Positions 8,475 to 17,929 of a DNA stretch of 64,000 nucleotides are shown here, piece by piece. The translations under genes and the position numbers were made by a program. The notes below the pieces were generated by a model. That model saw nothing but the letters and a program-made list of their open reading frames with translations, was not told the origin of the DNA and did not search any database. This DNA is from an uncultured bacterium (lineage in GTDB: Bacteria; Babelota; Babeliae; Babelales; Vermiphilaceae). How positions within the stretch are numbered: the first letter of the stretch is position 1; the number at the start of each line of letters is the position of its first letter. Location of the stretch: contig OY970212.1 in the NCBI GenBank assembly GCA_963713925.1, forward strand, positions 672,001-736,000. Reading direction: 5' to 3'.

Positions 8475-9860
8475 TTACTCAACAATCTTACCTTCTTTGG
8501 TCAATTGAGCATTCTTACGACCAACATACAATGCTGCGGCCATCCAAATACCCACAAGGCCAAATCCGATGAATGTACCATACATCATCAAGTCGCCGAG
8601 ATTGTGTTTGAACATATCGCTCACACGTGCACCGCCCGCTTTTGACATACGGCCACCGAACATATCAATCCAACCTTTTGATTTGAATTTAGCATCTTTG
8701 CTGGTTGGGATGTACATCATTTCTTTGGTTGGGTTACTGACTGCATATGAAAGACCTTTTGCAAGCATCATCACACCAAAAGTAGCCCACAGGAGTTGGC
8801 CTGCGTCTGGAGAGGTTAAGAAATAACCATAGAGAATTGCAAGCGCAACGCCCAAGCAAGTAGGGAACACAAGCAATGAGAAGGTCAAGCCATATTTTTT
8901 AATAATGTAGCTGGTTCCAAGCAATGCCATAACAAGCGCAAGTCCGTTGGTTGCCATTCCGTAGATTGAGAGGAATTGTTGGAAGTTTTCTTTCAACCCG
9001 TAGACTGGGTGAAGGGAAGCTTGAGACTTCATTTGGTAGTCAACGATAGTGTTGATCACTTCGTAGAAAGTTGAAACAACCAAAATACCGAGCAAATAAC
9101 CGCGAGTTAAGAGCAATTTGATACCTGCCAAGAATCCTTCAAGGAATCCTTCTTTTTTCTTTTCCGTAGCATGAGCAGTTTTGTTACCCAAACGTTCATT
9201 TTCGGGAATGACAGTCATGAACATGTTGATTGCAAACATAATAGCAAATAAGCACAGTGTGCAGAGCAAGAATAATTGCCATGGTCCGACAAAGTAGTTC
9301 AATGCTGATCCCGCAATCGCCCCAAATTGTCCCAAGGCGATGATCATCGGATAACCCTTTTTAGCGCTGTCTGCAGTGATCACACTTGCGCAGAAAGACC
9401 AGAAAAGAGCAACCAAGATTGATCCGAAAGATTCAATGGCAAAATAAGAAACCCAGCCAATTGCAGCAAGTGTTGTTTTTCCAAGGTATGCGCTACCATA
9501 TTGCGCTTGTAAGAACAAGCCGGCAACAACGCCACCAAAAATGAGAGCGTAGAATCCGCAGAGAATGTAAAACAATTTGTGTTTTTCAAATAAGTCAACG
9601 AGCTTGGAATAGACAATAACGAGCGCAAACACTACAACAACGGATAGTGTTTTTGCGAGTGGTTGGTAAAGTTGACCTTGGTGTGCAGCCCATCCGAGCT
9701 CAGCAGGGAAAGCGAGTTTGAAGAAAATTACGTCTTTTAACAAACGGACAGCCCAATAGGCGCCGATTGTAAAAAAGAATGCAAGTGCTAATATCCCGAA
9801 CTTTTTAATTTCGTCTTTTCGTAAGTCGGGATAAAAGTAGGTAACCATACTCGTAAACAT
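8475..9860 (-). CDS. TLC/NTT-family ATP/ADP (nucleotide) translocase
   Basis: About 12 TM segments; RLLKD, LFWSF, KGLSYA..NPTKEMMYIP, KFKSKGWID motifs; likely start 9860 with RBS. Confidence 0.9.
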   Translation of the reverse strand: MFTSMVTYFYPDLRKDEIKKFGILALAFFFTIGAYWAVRLLKDVIFFKLAFPAELGWAAHQGQLYQPLAKTLSVVVVFALVIVYSKLVDLFEKHKLFYILCGFYALIFGGVVAGLFLQAQYGSAYLGKTTLAAIGWVSYFAIESFGSILVALFWSFCASVITADSAKKGYPMIIALGQFGAIAGSALNYFVGPWQLFLLCTLCLFAIMFAINMFMTVIPENERLGNKTAHATEKKKEGFLEGFLAGIKLLLTRGYLLGILVVSTFYEVINTIVDYQMKSQASLHPVYGLKENFQQFLSIYGMATNGLALVMALLGTSYIIKKYGLTFSLLVFPTCLGVALAILYGYFLTSPDAGQLLWATFGVMMLAKGLSYAVSNPTKEMMYIPTSKDAKFKSKGWIDMFGGRMSKAGGARVSDMFKHNLGDLMMYGTFIGFGLVGIWMAAALYVGRKNAQLTKEGKIVE

Positions 9861-10283
9861 AGTGTTCTCACCTTTCCAAGGCAGATTATAAATCAATCAT
9901 TTTTTCAAAAATGGATGATTTATGTAATGTTATTAATTCTATTAACTTAAGATAGTTTACAGGGAATTTTCCATTCTGCAAAGAAATTTCAGCGGAGTAG
10001 GGCTTTAACGGTCGAGGTTTTCAGACTGAAAAGATCAACGCCGGACCCCCGATTTAATTATAGGATCAGAATGCAAGCCACTCCAATCAATCCATAATGA
10101 GATTGGGCAAAATAATGCGATTTTGATCTTTTGGTGAGGTTGCGAGGTCCCTAATTGAGTTTTTTTAACGAAATTGGGGTTTAATTGTCACTTTGGGGTG
10201 TACATCTTTGTATCTTATGGTACAATTAATGAAAATTGTAAAAAATTTATGACTCACGTCTATTTCTCTTCAGGATATATCAT

Positions 10284-10649
10284 ATGAAAGCGGCAAAAAC
10301 GACCCGTCAATTGACCACAAGCGATTCAATCCCGTCATTTGACAAATATGCCATTTTTAAGACCGGCGGTAAGCAATATCAAGCTATCGAAGGCAAAACT
10401 GTTGCTATTGAAAAAATCGAGGGTGAAAATGGTGCTACCCTTGAATTTAAAGAAGTATTGTTCAAAAAATCAGGTGACAGCAAGTTCGAAGTGGGCACCC
10501 CATTCTTGAGCTCCCCGGTAAAAGCTTCTATCGTTAAGCAAACCCGCGGGCCAAAAGTGATCGCCTTCCGCTTCAAACGCCGTCACAAAGTTCGCGTCAA
10601 ACGCGGCCACCGTCAAGATTTGACCGTGATTCGCATCGAAAGCATCTAA
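10284..10649 (+). CDS. rplU: 50S ribosomal protein L21
   Basis: YAIFKTGGKQY and KRGHRQ motifs. Confidence 0.96.
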   Translation: MKAAKTTRQLTTSDSIPSFDKYAIFKTGGKQYQAIEGKTVAIEKIEGENGATLEFKEVLFKKSGDSKFEVGTPFLSSPVKASIVKQTRGPKVIAFRFKRRHKVRVKRGHRQDLTVIRIESI

Positions 10650-10653
10650 GTTA

Positions 10654-10682
10654 AAAAACCTCGGCCAAAACCGAGGTTTTTT
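10654..10682. terminator. Bidirectional intrinsic terminator
   Basis: aaaaaacctcgg/ccgaggtttttt. Confidence 0.75.
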
Positions 10683-10695
10683 GTTGTCTTATTTT

Positions 10696-11562
10696 TCATC
10701 TTGCATAATCATTTGGTAGTCGATCATGAACCGCATACCAAGCAAGTGCGGCGGCAAAATAGCCCGAGATTGCAGTAAGCAAGCCGGTGCCAAAAATTGA
10801 TCCAACTGAGCTTATGAAATCAGCAATAAATGAGGCCTCTTGCTCTGCTATTGCTGGTGCGATTTTTGATATAAGCCACAAAGAGCCAATTGTAAGGCCA
10901 AGTAACAGCGGTAGCATTAGTAGTATGAGTAGAATATAGTTCAGCATCCATACAAAAAAAGCAATAATTGTTTTTGGCAGTGTAGTTGTCCATCGTTTAA
11001 AGGTTGCCATTAATGAACCAGTTTCAATAATGCTCATGGCAAATAGGTAATCGATTAGAAAAAAGACTGCGCCAGCCACCAATCCGGCTAATAATGCAAG
11101 TGCGAGTGTGCTTAGCGAACTAGTGACCAATAAATAAAACGCAAACAGTGTGAGTGTGCTTAGTGAACTATTGACCGTGTCATTAAATACAAACTTGTTT
11201 TGCCCTGTGAGCAAAACAAGTGCCCATCCCATCAAAAATAATATGGTTGCAAGAAGCATTGCAATACCAATTATATATATAAAACGATCAAAAAGTTGAT
11301 TAAAGGCAGTTTTGAAATGCGGTTGTTTTCCTTCAAAACGAACCTTTGCATAACAACAAGCAAGTGCTGCAAAAAGGAATTGAAAGAATAAGTGAATATT
11401 TGGGTAAGCGGTCTTAATATCGTTATATTGTGTGCCGGCAACCGTAAAAGCAAGGCTCAATATGACTGAAATCAGCAATAATATACCCGACATGTCTTTG
11501 AATGCGTGAGCAATGCTTTTACCAAATATCCGCTCGCTCTGTGAAAATGAAACCATTTTCAT
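10696..11562 (-). CDS. Hypothetical polytopic membrane protein
   Basis: 288 aa with about 6-7 hydrophobic segments. Confidence 0.7.
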   Translation of the reverse strand: MKMVSFSQSERIFGKSIAHAFKDMSGILLLISVILSLAFTVAGTQYNDIKTAYPNIHLFFQFLFAALACCYAKVRFEGKQPHFKTAFNQLFDRFIYIIGIAMLLATILFLMGWALVLLTGQNKFVFNDTVNSSLSTLTLFAFYLLVTSSLSTLALALLAGLVAGAVFFLIDYLFAMSIIETGSLMATFKRWTTTLPKTIIAFFVWMLNYILLILLMLPLLLGLTIGSLWLISKIAPAIAEQEASFIADFISSVGSIFGTGLLTAISGYFAAALAWYAVHDRLPNDYAR

Positions 11563-11609
11563 ACATTTCCCCTCTGATAATTCACATACTTTCTCTGAAA
11601 GTGTAACAA

Positions 11610-11810
11610 AAGCGTCGATGTTGTCGCAAGAACATTGAACCCGCTCCGCGCGGGTGAGCGCCCATGCGTCGCCTTTCCACGCCTTCCGGCTTGGCAGGCT
11701 ATGCAGGCACGGCCAAAAGAAGGTGCTGTCACCTCCTTTTTACCATTTTCGGCCAGTCCTGTGGCCACTTGATAACCAAATAGGCCAAGGCCAATCACAC
11801 AAAATTTCAT
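11610..11810 (-). pseudogene. 5' remnant of a ktrA/trkA gene, interrupted by a palindromic insert
   Basis: First 24 codons match those of 15786..16427 at 66/72 nt; a VLA..ID-like continuation follows a roughly 100-bp GC-rich insert. Confidence 0.8.
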
Positions 11811-12280
11811 AGTTCATTCCTATCATTGTTATACACTATGCTATCAATTGTAGGTGTTTTGCGTTCCGGTTGGCAAGTTTCTTCGGGCAAAGCGAAAATA
11901 TGAAGGTCACCGCTATCATCCCGTTGGATCATTATTCTTGAAGGGCGAATTTTTAGGGCATTTCCCCATTGTCTAAATGCATCAATTAATTGATCTCTTG
12001 TACATTTTAAGAAATTTTCGCATTGATTTTCCATCTCATCTAATTCACACCCAATTATTACATCAGTATCCCCTTCGCATTTGATAAATGCATAATTGTT
12101 ATAAAAGGATTTAAAACTGGGGCTAAGAAGATGGTTGATGTACTTTTCCACATCACCATACATCTCGCTAAAAAACTCGTAAAGATATAGTAAATTATTG
12201 CATGGATTATGATTTTTTGGGTAATAGTGATTGTTCAATGATTGCAAAAGCAATGTTTGCGTTTCGACATAAGACCCCAT
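11807..12280 (-). CDS. Putative immunity protein, paralog 3
   Basis: Shares NNLL.LYEFF, EGDT and QW...I.Q.D..GD.HIFALP with its neighbours; translationally coupled. Confidence 0.75.
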   Translation of the reverse strand: MGSYVETQTLLLQSLNNHYYPKNHNPCNNLLYLYEFFSEMYGDVEKYINHLLSPSFKSFYNNYAFIKCEGDTDVIIGCELDEMENQCENFLKCTRDQLIDAFRQWGNALKIRPSRIMIQRDDSGDLHIFALPEETCQPERKTPTIDSIVYNNDRNEL

Positions 12281-12672
12281 TAATCGGTCTCCCGTTTTTC
12301 TGGCAAGGCAAAAATATGAAAATCACCATCATCATCTCGTTGGATCATGATTGGATGAGGTGCGTTTTTCAGGGCTTCTTTCCATTGTTGAAGCGCACTA
12401 ACGAGCTGATCTATTGAACATTCAAATGCCCAGTCTTCAGGCTCATCGGTATGCATACATCCCATGATCATTTTGTCCTTGGGAAGTTTTTCAATATATG
12501 AAAAATTGCCGTGTGTATAATCGTATGACGTGTTATGGAGCCAAGCAATTGCCCTATCGATGTGAGGACCAACATCATCTATCAAATAATAATAAAATAA
12601 TTTTAAATCAGCATGGTCTGCAAAAACTTTGTCATAGTGTTTGTTTTTATATTCTAAAATCATTTTTTGCAT
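12280..12672 (-). CDS. Putative immunity protein, paralog 2
   Basis: Likely start MQKMILE at 12672; conserved C-terminus QQW...GDFHIFALP. Confidence 0.75.
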   Translation of the reverse strand: MQKMILEYKNKHYDKVFADHADLKLFYYYLIDDVGPHIDRAIAWLHNTSYDYTHGNFSYIEKLPKDKMIMGCMHTDEPEDWAFECSIDQLVSALQQWKEALKNAPHPIMIQRDDDGDFHIFALPEKRETD

Positions 12673-12673
12673 A

Positions 12674-13078
12674 TTATTTTTCGATTTCCTTGTGATCAGG
12701 CAAAGCAAAAATATGAAAATCGCCATTTTCATCTTGTTGAAGTATGATTTTTTGAGGTTTATTTTTCAAAACATTCCTCCATTGTTGGAGAACATCAATG
12801 AGCTGCTGGGGTGTGCACTGCAGTGTGTTTTTGTATTGATCTTCATAATCGATAACAAGGTGGGAACCTATTATCATAGTATCTCCCTCACGTTCGATAA
12901 ATGTGAAGTCGGTTTGAGTATACTCAAAATCGGGGTTAGAAAAAATTTTAATATATTCATCAAATTCGTCAAAAATATCACGAAAAAATTCGTAAAGAAA
13001 TAATAAATTGTTATTTGGGTTATAATTGATTGGCTGATAATAGCGATTCTGAGATAGTTCTAAGATCAAATTTTCCAT
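12674..13078 (-). CDS. Putative cognate immunity protein, paralog 1
   Basis: Small acidic ORF overlapping the toxin's 3' end by 13 nt. Confidence 0.78.
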   Translation of the reverse strand: MENLILELSQNRYYQPINYNPNNNLLFLYEFFRDIFDEFDEYIKIFSNPDFEYTQTDFTFIEREGDTMIIGSHLVIDYEDQYKNTLQCTPQQLIDVLQQWRNVLKNKPQKIILQQDENGDFHIFALPDHKEIEK

Positions 13079-15462
13079 TTTTCCAAGTCCGGGTATGAAG
13101 TGATGTGTTGTCCTATTTCCGAAAATACATTTCTTATTTCAATGCCACGGTTTGTGTATCCCGTTACAATGTATGCACGATCTTCTTTGGCAATTTTTTT
13201 AACTTTATCAAGTGATTCTAAAATCAGATCAAAAACTTCCGTAGGTGTTAAGTCGGAAGGAAACATTGTGTTTTTTGTACAAGTTTCACCCATATAAGTA
13301 ACTGCGCAACGGTATGTGCCGTCGGGAAAAGTTTGCGTTGTCCTAATATCAAAGACTTTTCCTATTTCGAGATTTTTTTGGTAATCATGGTGAAAGCCGC
13401 CCCATTTTTGAATTATCTTTCCCGAAGGCTTTTTGAATTTTGTTTGTTCAAATGCAAATACATGTTTTAATTGCTTTTCTGTGAAATATACCTTGTCAAA
13501 CGGTAGGTCGCTTCTATTTGCAAGATTATAAGAATCCTCTTTGAGTTTCAATAGCTCTTCAAACAGACATTCATCGGAAAATACATAGCTTTTAATAGGA
13601 ATATTTTTTTCTGGCCCCGGTCCTCCGGCTGCGGCAGTTCCCGCTTTTGCGGCAGCGGTTGCTTGAGCCGCCACGTTGACGGCCCTCTTGGCCTTATTCG
13701 CCGCTTCTTGCGTCAGGGCAATAGTTTGACCGACTTCGGCAACTTCGATGCCACCCAGTTGCATACCTGCTTGAATGGCAATAGAATCGGCTCCTTCTAT
13801 GATGGAAAAAGCATCCGGTTGTCCGGAAGAAAAAAAGCCCTTGAAAAAGTTTTTTACCTGATTGAAGAAACCTTTTGAGGTGTCGGCAGATTCAGCAAGC
13901 GCAGCGGCATCGACGGCGGCTAAGCCTTGCAAGGCCTTGCCTATTATTTTGCCCGAACCAAGCGTTAATACCGTTTCAGTTCCCAAGGCGAGCGATGCTT
14001 CCAAAAATTCTTCATTGCTCATGCTTGTTAGTTTTTCGCATACTTCCAGTTCAAAGTCTCTGAAATCAAATGATGCTTGTTTGGCGACTTCAATACCCGC
14101 CAACGGTCCTCGCAACACAGTTGTTCCGGCAATGACTCCCGCATTGAGGCAAAATTTAACCGCGACATATGAAATGACACCTGCAGCTCCTTGTGCAGTT
14201 TGAATCGGATGTTCAATCATGTTCCCAAAGCCTTCAAGACCTTGAAGAATCCCTTTTCCTATGCGCACGTAAGTGTTTCTGTTTGCGCGATTTTTCCACA
14301 AGGATTTGATGGAACTGGCAATCTTGTCGATGAGTTTTCCGGTTACGTCTAAACATCTGTCATTCCAATATTCATCGGGCCATTTTTTCAGTGCATCGGC
14401 AACGGCCCAACAATAATCAAGTGCGGCTCCCGTTAATCGATGTTGTGATTTTTCATTGCACGTCACGGCAGTGAACAGCATTTGGGAAAATTGAAACAGT
14501 TCTAATTCTTCATATTTGCGTGTTCGAGCAGCCAAATCACCGATTTGCAAAATTTCTTTGTGAAATGCATGTTGAAGCGCCGTGCCATATTTATGCTTTA
14601 ATAATTCGCAGTTTTTTTTCACGTCACCGAGAAATTCAGCAAACACATCCGACATCATATATTCCTGATATCTAAAATCTTGAGACTCTTCTTGAGCGCA
14701 TTGTGCCGCATGGCGTTCTTTCCAGGCTTCTTGAATGCATTCGGGCATGTCGTCGTAATCATCGGCGACCGCTTCGGGTCGATCATGATCTTCGATGCCG
14801 CCAATTTCGCGCGCGGATTGTTGAGTGGTGATTTGTCTGCTTTTTTCCCGCTCCGCTTGTTCGTCCAATCGCTTGGCGTTTTGTTTTGCTTCTTTTGAAA
14901 CATATTTATGAATTTTGCTCGATTGTAGTGCTGCCGCGACAGCGGGCATATAATCATGAAATCGCGGCATTGTTCTCAATGTTAAGATAAAGCGCGGATA
15001 TTCATACAAATGGAGCATTCCGTAAATTTTGCGTAAGTCATTATCATTAAAACATAAGGTTTGATTTCCTCTTGAAAACCAGGGGTATACATTGTTCTGG
15101 TGAGATCCGCGTGTGACAATGGTTCCAATTTGTTGTTCAGCCAATGCGTTCGCATAATTGTGAATATCCCAATCTTTACAAGCAGCGTGATTTTTTGAGA
15201 GCATCACCGAGCTTGGCAAAAAACGCAGGTATTGTGCTTGCGAAAGCGGAATGGGGTCCGGAATATGGAGCGTAACTTGATTGTGTCCATACACGTGGTT
15301 TTTCGTGTCATTGGCATGAAAAATGTGTTCTGAAGATTGATGAGTCGGCTGCTCAAAATTGTAATTTGGAATGACGGGGCTGAGATCAACCGGTTGATTA
15401 TCTTGATCACAAGAAATGCCGAACACAAGAAAGAGTAAAGAAAAAATAAAAATGTGCGTCAT
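13066..15462 (-). CDS. Polymorphic toxin with signal/lipoprotein peptide and C-terminal bacterial EndoU-like RNase
   Basis: C-terminal KHVF...GGFHHD...KNTMFP...ITSYP pattern; Ala/Gly-rich linker; followed by small coupled genes; likely start 15462. Confidence 0.75.
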   Translation of the reverse strand: MTHIFIFSLLFLVFGISCDQDNQPVDLSPVIPNYNFEQPTHQSSEHIFHANDTKNHVYGHNQVTLHIPDPIPLSQAQYLRFLPSSVMLSKNHAACKDWDIHNYANALAEQQIGTIVTRGSHQNNVYPWFSRGNQTLCFNDNDLRKIYGMLHLYEYPRFILTLRTMPRFHDYMPAVAAALQSSKIHKYVSKEAKQNAKRLDEQAEREKSRQITTQQSAREIGGIEDHDRPEAVADDYDDMPECIQEAWKERHAAQCAQEESQDFRYQEYMMSDVFAEFLGDVKKNCELLKHKYGTALQHAFHKEILQIGDLAARTRKYEELELFQFSQMLFTAVTCNEKSQHRLTGAALDYCWAVADALKKWPDEYWNDRCLDVTGKLIDKIASSIKSLWKNRANRNTYVRIGKGILQGLEGFGNMIEHPIQTAQGAAGVISYVAVKFCLNAGVIAGTTVLRGPLAGIEVAKQASFDFRDFELEVCEKLTSMSNEEFLEASLALGTETVLTLGSGKIIGKALQGLAAVDAAALAESADTSKGFFNQVKNFFKGFFSSGQPDAFSIIEGADSIAIQAGMQLGGIEVAEVGQTIALTQEAANKAKRAVNVAAQATAAAKAGTAAAGGPGPEKNIPIKSYVFSDECLFEELLKLKEDSYNLANRSDLPFDKVYFTEKQLKHVFAFEQTKFKKPSGKIIQKWGGFHHDYQKNLEIGKVFDIRTTQTFPDGTYRCAVTYMGETCTKNTMFPSDLTPTEVFDLILESLDKVKKIAKEDRAYIVTGYTNRGIEIRNVFSEIGQHITSYPDLEKWKI

Positions 15463-15610
15463 GCTACAAGCCATTAAGAGTTGTTTGTTTGACACACTAT
15501 ACAACGGCTTGCGTGTTTGCGCAATTTGATCATAACTACTGAACGTGAATTGTAATGTAAAGTCTAATGAGGTTCACCGAACCAATGAAAGCGATTTAAT
15601 TAAAAAGTAT

Positions 15611-15664
15611 GGCCTGCCCGCCGTAGTTTGCCAAGCCGGAACGCCTGGATAAACGTAGGCTGGG
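15611..15664. repeat. Family C palindromic element
   Basis: gcctgcccgccgtag...cgtaggctggg; gccaagccggaa also occurs in reverse orientation at about 11684-11695. Confidence 0.55.
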
Positions 15665-15785
15665 TGAGTTGAACCTCAAGGAATTTTTAAAACCTTGGTT
15701 TTAAACGCCCGAATTGCAAAAGGGTTGGCGAGAACCCTTTTGCCGCATGCTCTGCGCAGGAGCAAAAAAGTGACCGGGAGTCACT

Positions 15786-16427
15786 CTACTCCCTAGCTAC
15801 TCTCTCTAATGCCTCAGCTTCACCGGCACACACCAGCTCATCACCGGGCGTGATAATGTATTCAGGATGCGGCGGCAAAATTTCATCTCGCTGTCTGATT
15901 CCAATGCAGGTGACTTTAAATTCATGTGTCAAATCAAGCTCCTGGATTGATCGGCCCAAAAAGCTTTCCGGGGCATCAATAGGAGTGATTGCAAAATTTT
16001 TAGACAAACGCACCAACTCAGGAAATGGTGAGCTTAAGTTGTCGGCCAGGCGAATACCGATTTCTTTTTCGGGCAAAATGGTGCGATCTGCGCCGATCAA
16101 CTCCAAGACTTCCGCGTGAATATCATCAATGGCGCGGGCGATGACTGTTTTGACATGTAATCTTTTTTTGAGCAATGCTGTTAACAAAATTGATTCTGCA
16201 TAGCTTTCCGCCATGGCGACAATCACAGTATCCTTTTCATCAACACCAATGCTGCGCAAGGCTGCCTCTGTCGTGACTCTGACGCAAATTGCTTGAGTAA
16301 CTTGATCTTTGATTGACCCGACAATTGATTCATCGCTGTCAATTGCCAAGACATCTTTACCATTTTCCGCCAGTCCTGTGGCTACTTGATAACCAAATCG
16401 GCCAAGACCGATAACACAAAATTTCAT
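15786..16427 (-). CDS. ktrA: KtrA/TrkA potassium uptake NAD-binding subunit
   Basis: VIGLGRFG Rossmann motif, GAD...PE, C-terminal RCK_C. Confidence 0.9.
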   Translation of the reverse strand: MKFCVIGLGRFGYQVATGLAENGKDVLAIDSDESIVGSIKDQVTQAICVRVTTEAALRSIGVDEKDTVIVAMAESYAESILLTALLKKRLHVKTVIARAIDDIHAEVLELIGADRTILPEKEIGIRLADNLSSPFPELVRLSKNFAITPIDAPESFLGRSIQELDLTHEFKVTCIGIRQRDEILPPHPEYIITPGDELVCAGEAEALERVARE

Positions 16428-16491
16428 GGTGCCTTCCTTATAATATGTAATCTATTAAAAATGCCGCTTTTTTCTCAACAGCAACGATCTA

Positions 16492-17850
16492 TTAGCTGAG
16501 CATTACTCGCTCTTCCGGATAGCTAATTGATTCGGAAGTAACATTTTGCGGCTGATTATTACGTTTACGCAATGCGAGAACCAACGTTAATGAGCCGATT
16601 CTTCCTATAATCATCGTGAAAATAATAAGTATTTTACTCGGCAGAGTTAACAAAAATGTCAGCAATCCGGTAGTGAGTTCTATATTTGCAAAAGCAGAAA
16701 CTGCTTCTGAAACAATGTCTAGAAAATTATCATGAGGTTGTGTTATTGACAGGATAAAAATTGTTGATATCACCAATGAGGTACTTAAAATAAAAATTGT
16801 AATTGCCCTCAGTACTTGATCTTTAGGAATTCTTCTTCCTTTAATATTGATCATCGTCATATTACTGAGAGCTGATTTTATAGTAGTAGCTAGTATAACT
16901 AAGGTGGTAATTTTGATACCACTTCCCGTAGAACCCGGGGCAGCACCTATAAACGAAACTGTCATGAAAAGTAATAGCGTTGATGTATGCAATGCGCTTA
17001 TTGAAACACTGAAAAATCCAGTACTTCTTAAGGCAAATGAATTAAAAAAAGCATTAATAATTTTATCTGGCCAGGACAAATCCGCAAAGGCATGGTTATA
17101 CTCAAGCGCGAGCATGAGAAGTGCTGGGATGACAATCAGAAAAAAAGATCCCATAAATATTATTTTAATTAAAAGTGAAAATCGAAACCGTTTTTTTAAA
17201 AGGAGAGATTTGGTTGCCTTTACTACTTCTATCCAGGTAATAAATCCCGCACCTCCGATAAACATGAGAAGTGCAGTAATAAGTTGAAGGCCGTAATCTG
17301 AATGAATGTGTCGTAAATGATGAGGGCTGAATAATGTGATCCCGGCGTTGCAGAATGAAGAGATGGAATGAAAAATCGAAAAGAAGACAGCATCGTTCAG
17401 TGGATAATACTGCTTAATCGAAAAAAAAATAAAAATTGCCCCGACGAATTCAACAATGAAAGTAATACCCATAATATATATGAGGAATTTTCTCACTTCT
17501 TTCCAGCTTTCAATTTCTAATATTTGGCTCACTAAAATTTGTGTGCCGAATCTCAGGTCAAAAAAGAGATAGAGAAGAAAGAAGGTGAGCGTTATGAGAC
17601 CAACGCCACCAATTTGTATCAAAAAAAGAATAATACAATGTCCAAAATAAGTGAAACTATCAAGGGGAACCGTAAAGATTCCGGTGGCACAGGTGCTGGA
17701 AGTTGCGGTGAAAAATACGTCTATGAGAGCTAAGTCTGTTGTTCGAGCGATTGGCAACGAAAGCAGCAGTGTTCCCGTTACAATAGTGAGAAAGGTGAAT
17801 ATTAGAATTGCTCTTGCCGGAGATAAACGAGCAAAGGAATTACTAATCAT
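16492..17850 (-). CDS. ktrB: KtrB/TrkH potassium uptake membrane subunit
   Basis: FTATS...TG, IQIGGVG, FCNAG, PGSTGSGIK, MIIGRIG. Confidence 0.92.
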   Translation of the reverse strand: MISNSFARLSPARAILIFTFLTIVTGTLLLSLPIARTTDLALIDVFFTATSSTCATGIFTVPLDSFTYFGHCIILFLIQIGGVGLITLTFFLLYLFFDLRFGTQILVSQILEIESWKEVRKFLIYIMGITFIVEFVGAIFIFFSIKQYYPLNDAVFFSIFHSISSFCNAGITLFSPHHLRHIHSDYGLQLITALLMFIGGAGFITWIEVVKATKSLLLKKRFRFSLLIKIIFMGSFFLIVIPALLMLALEYNHAFADLSWPDKIINAFFNSFALRSTGFFSVSISALHTSTLLLFMTVSFIGAAPGSTGSGIKITTLVILATTIKSALSNMTMINIKGRRIPKDQVLRAITIFILSTSLVISTIFILSITQPHDNFLDIVSEAVSAFANIELTTGLLTFLLTLPSKILIIFTMIIGRIGSLTLVLALRKRNNQPQNVTSESISYPEERVMLS

Positions 17851-17929
17851 AATTACCTCAGTTGGAAAAGTTACGCTTTTAAAACAATCATATACATAGA
17901 TCTATCGCCTGGTGTATAGATTAATATTC

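Noticed and set aside
11671..11715. SRP RNA-like CCGGAAGG motif on the minus strand
   Set aside because: Lacks the flanking CAGG/AGCAG symmetric loop and recurs at 15.6 kb as a repeat.
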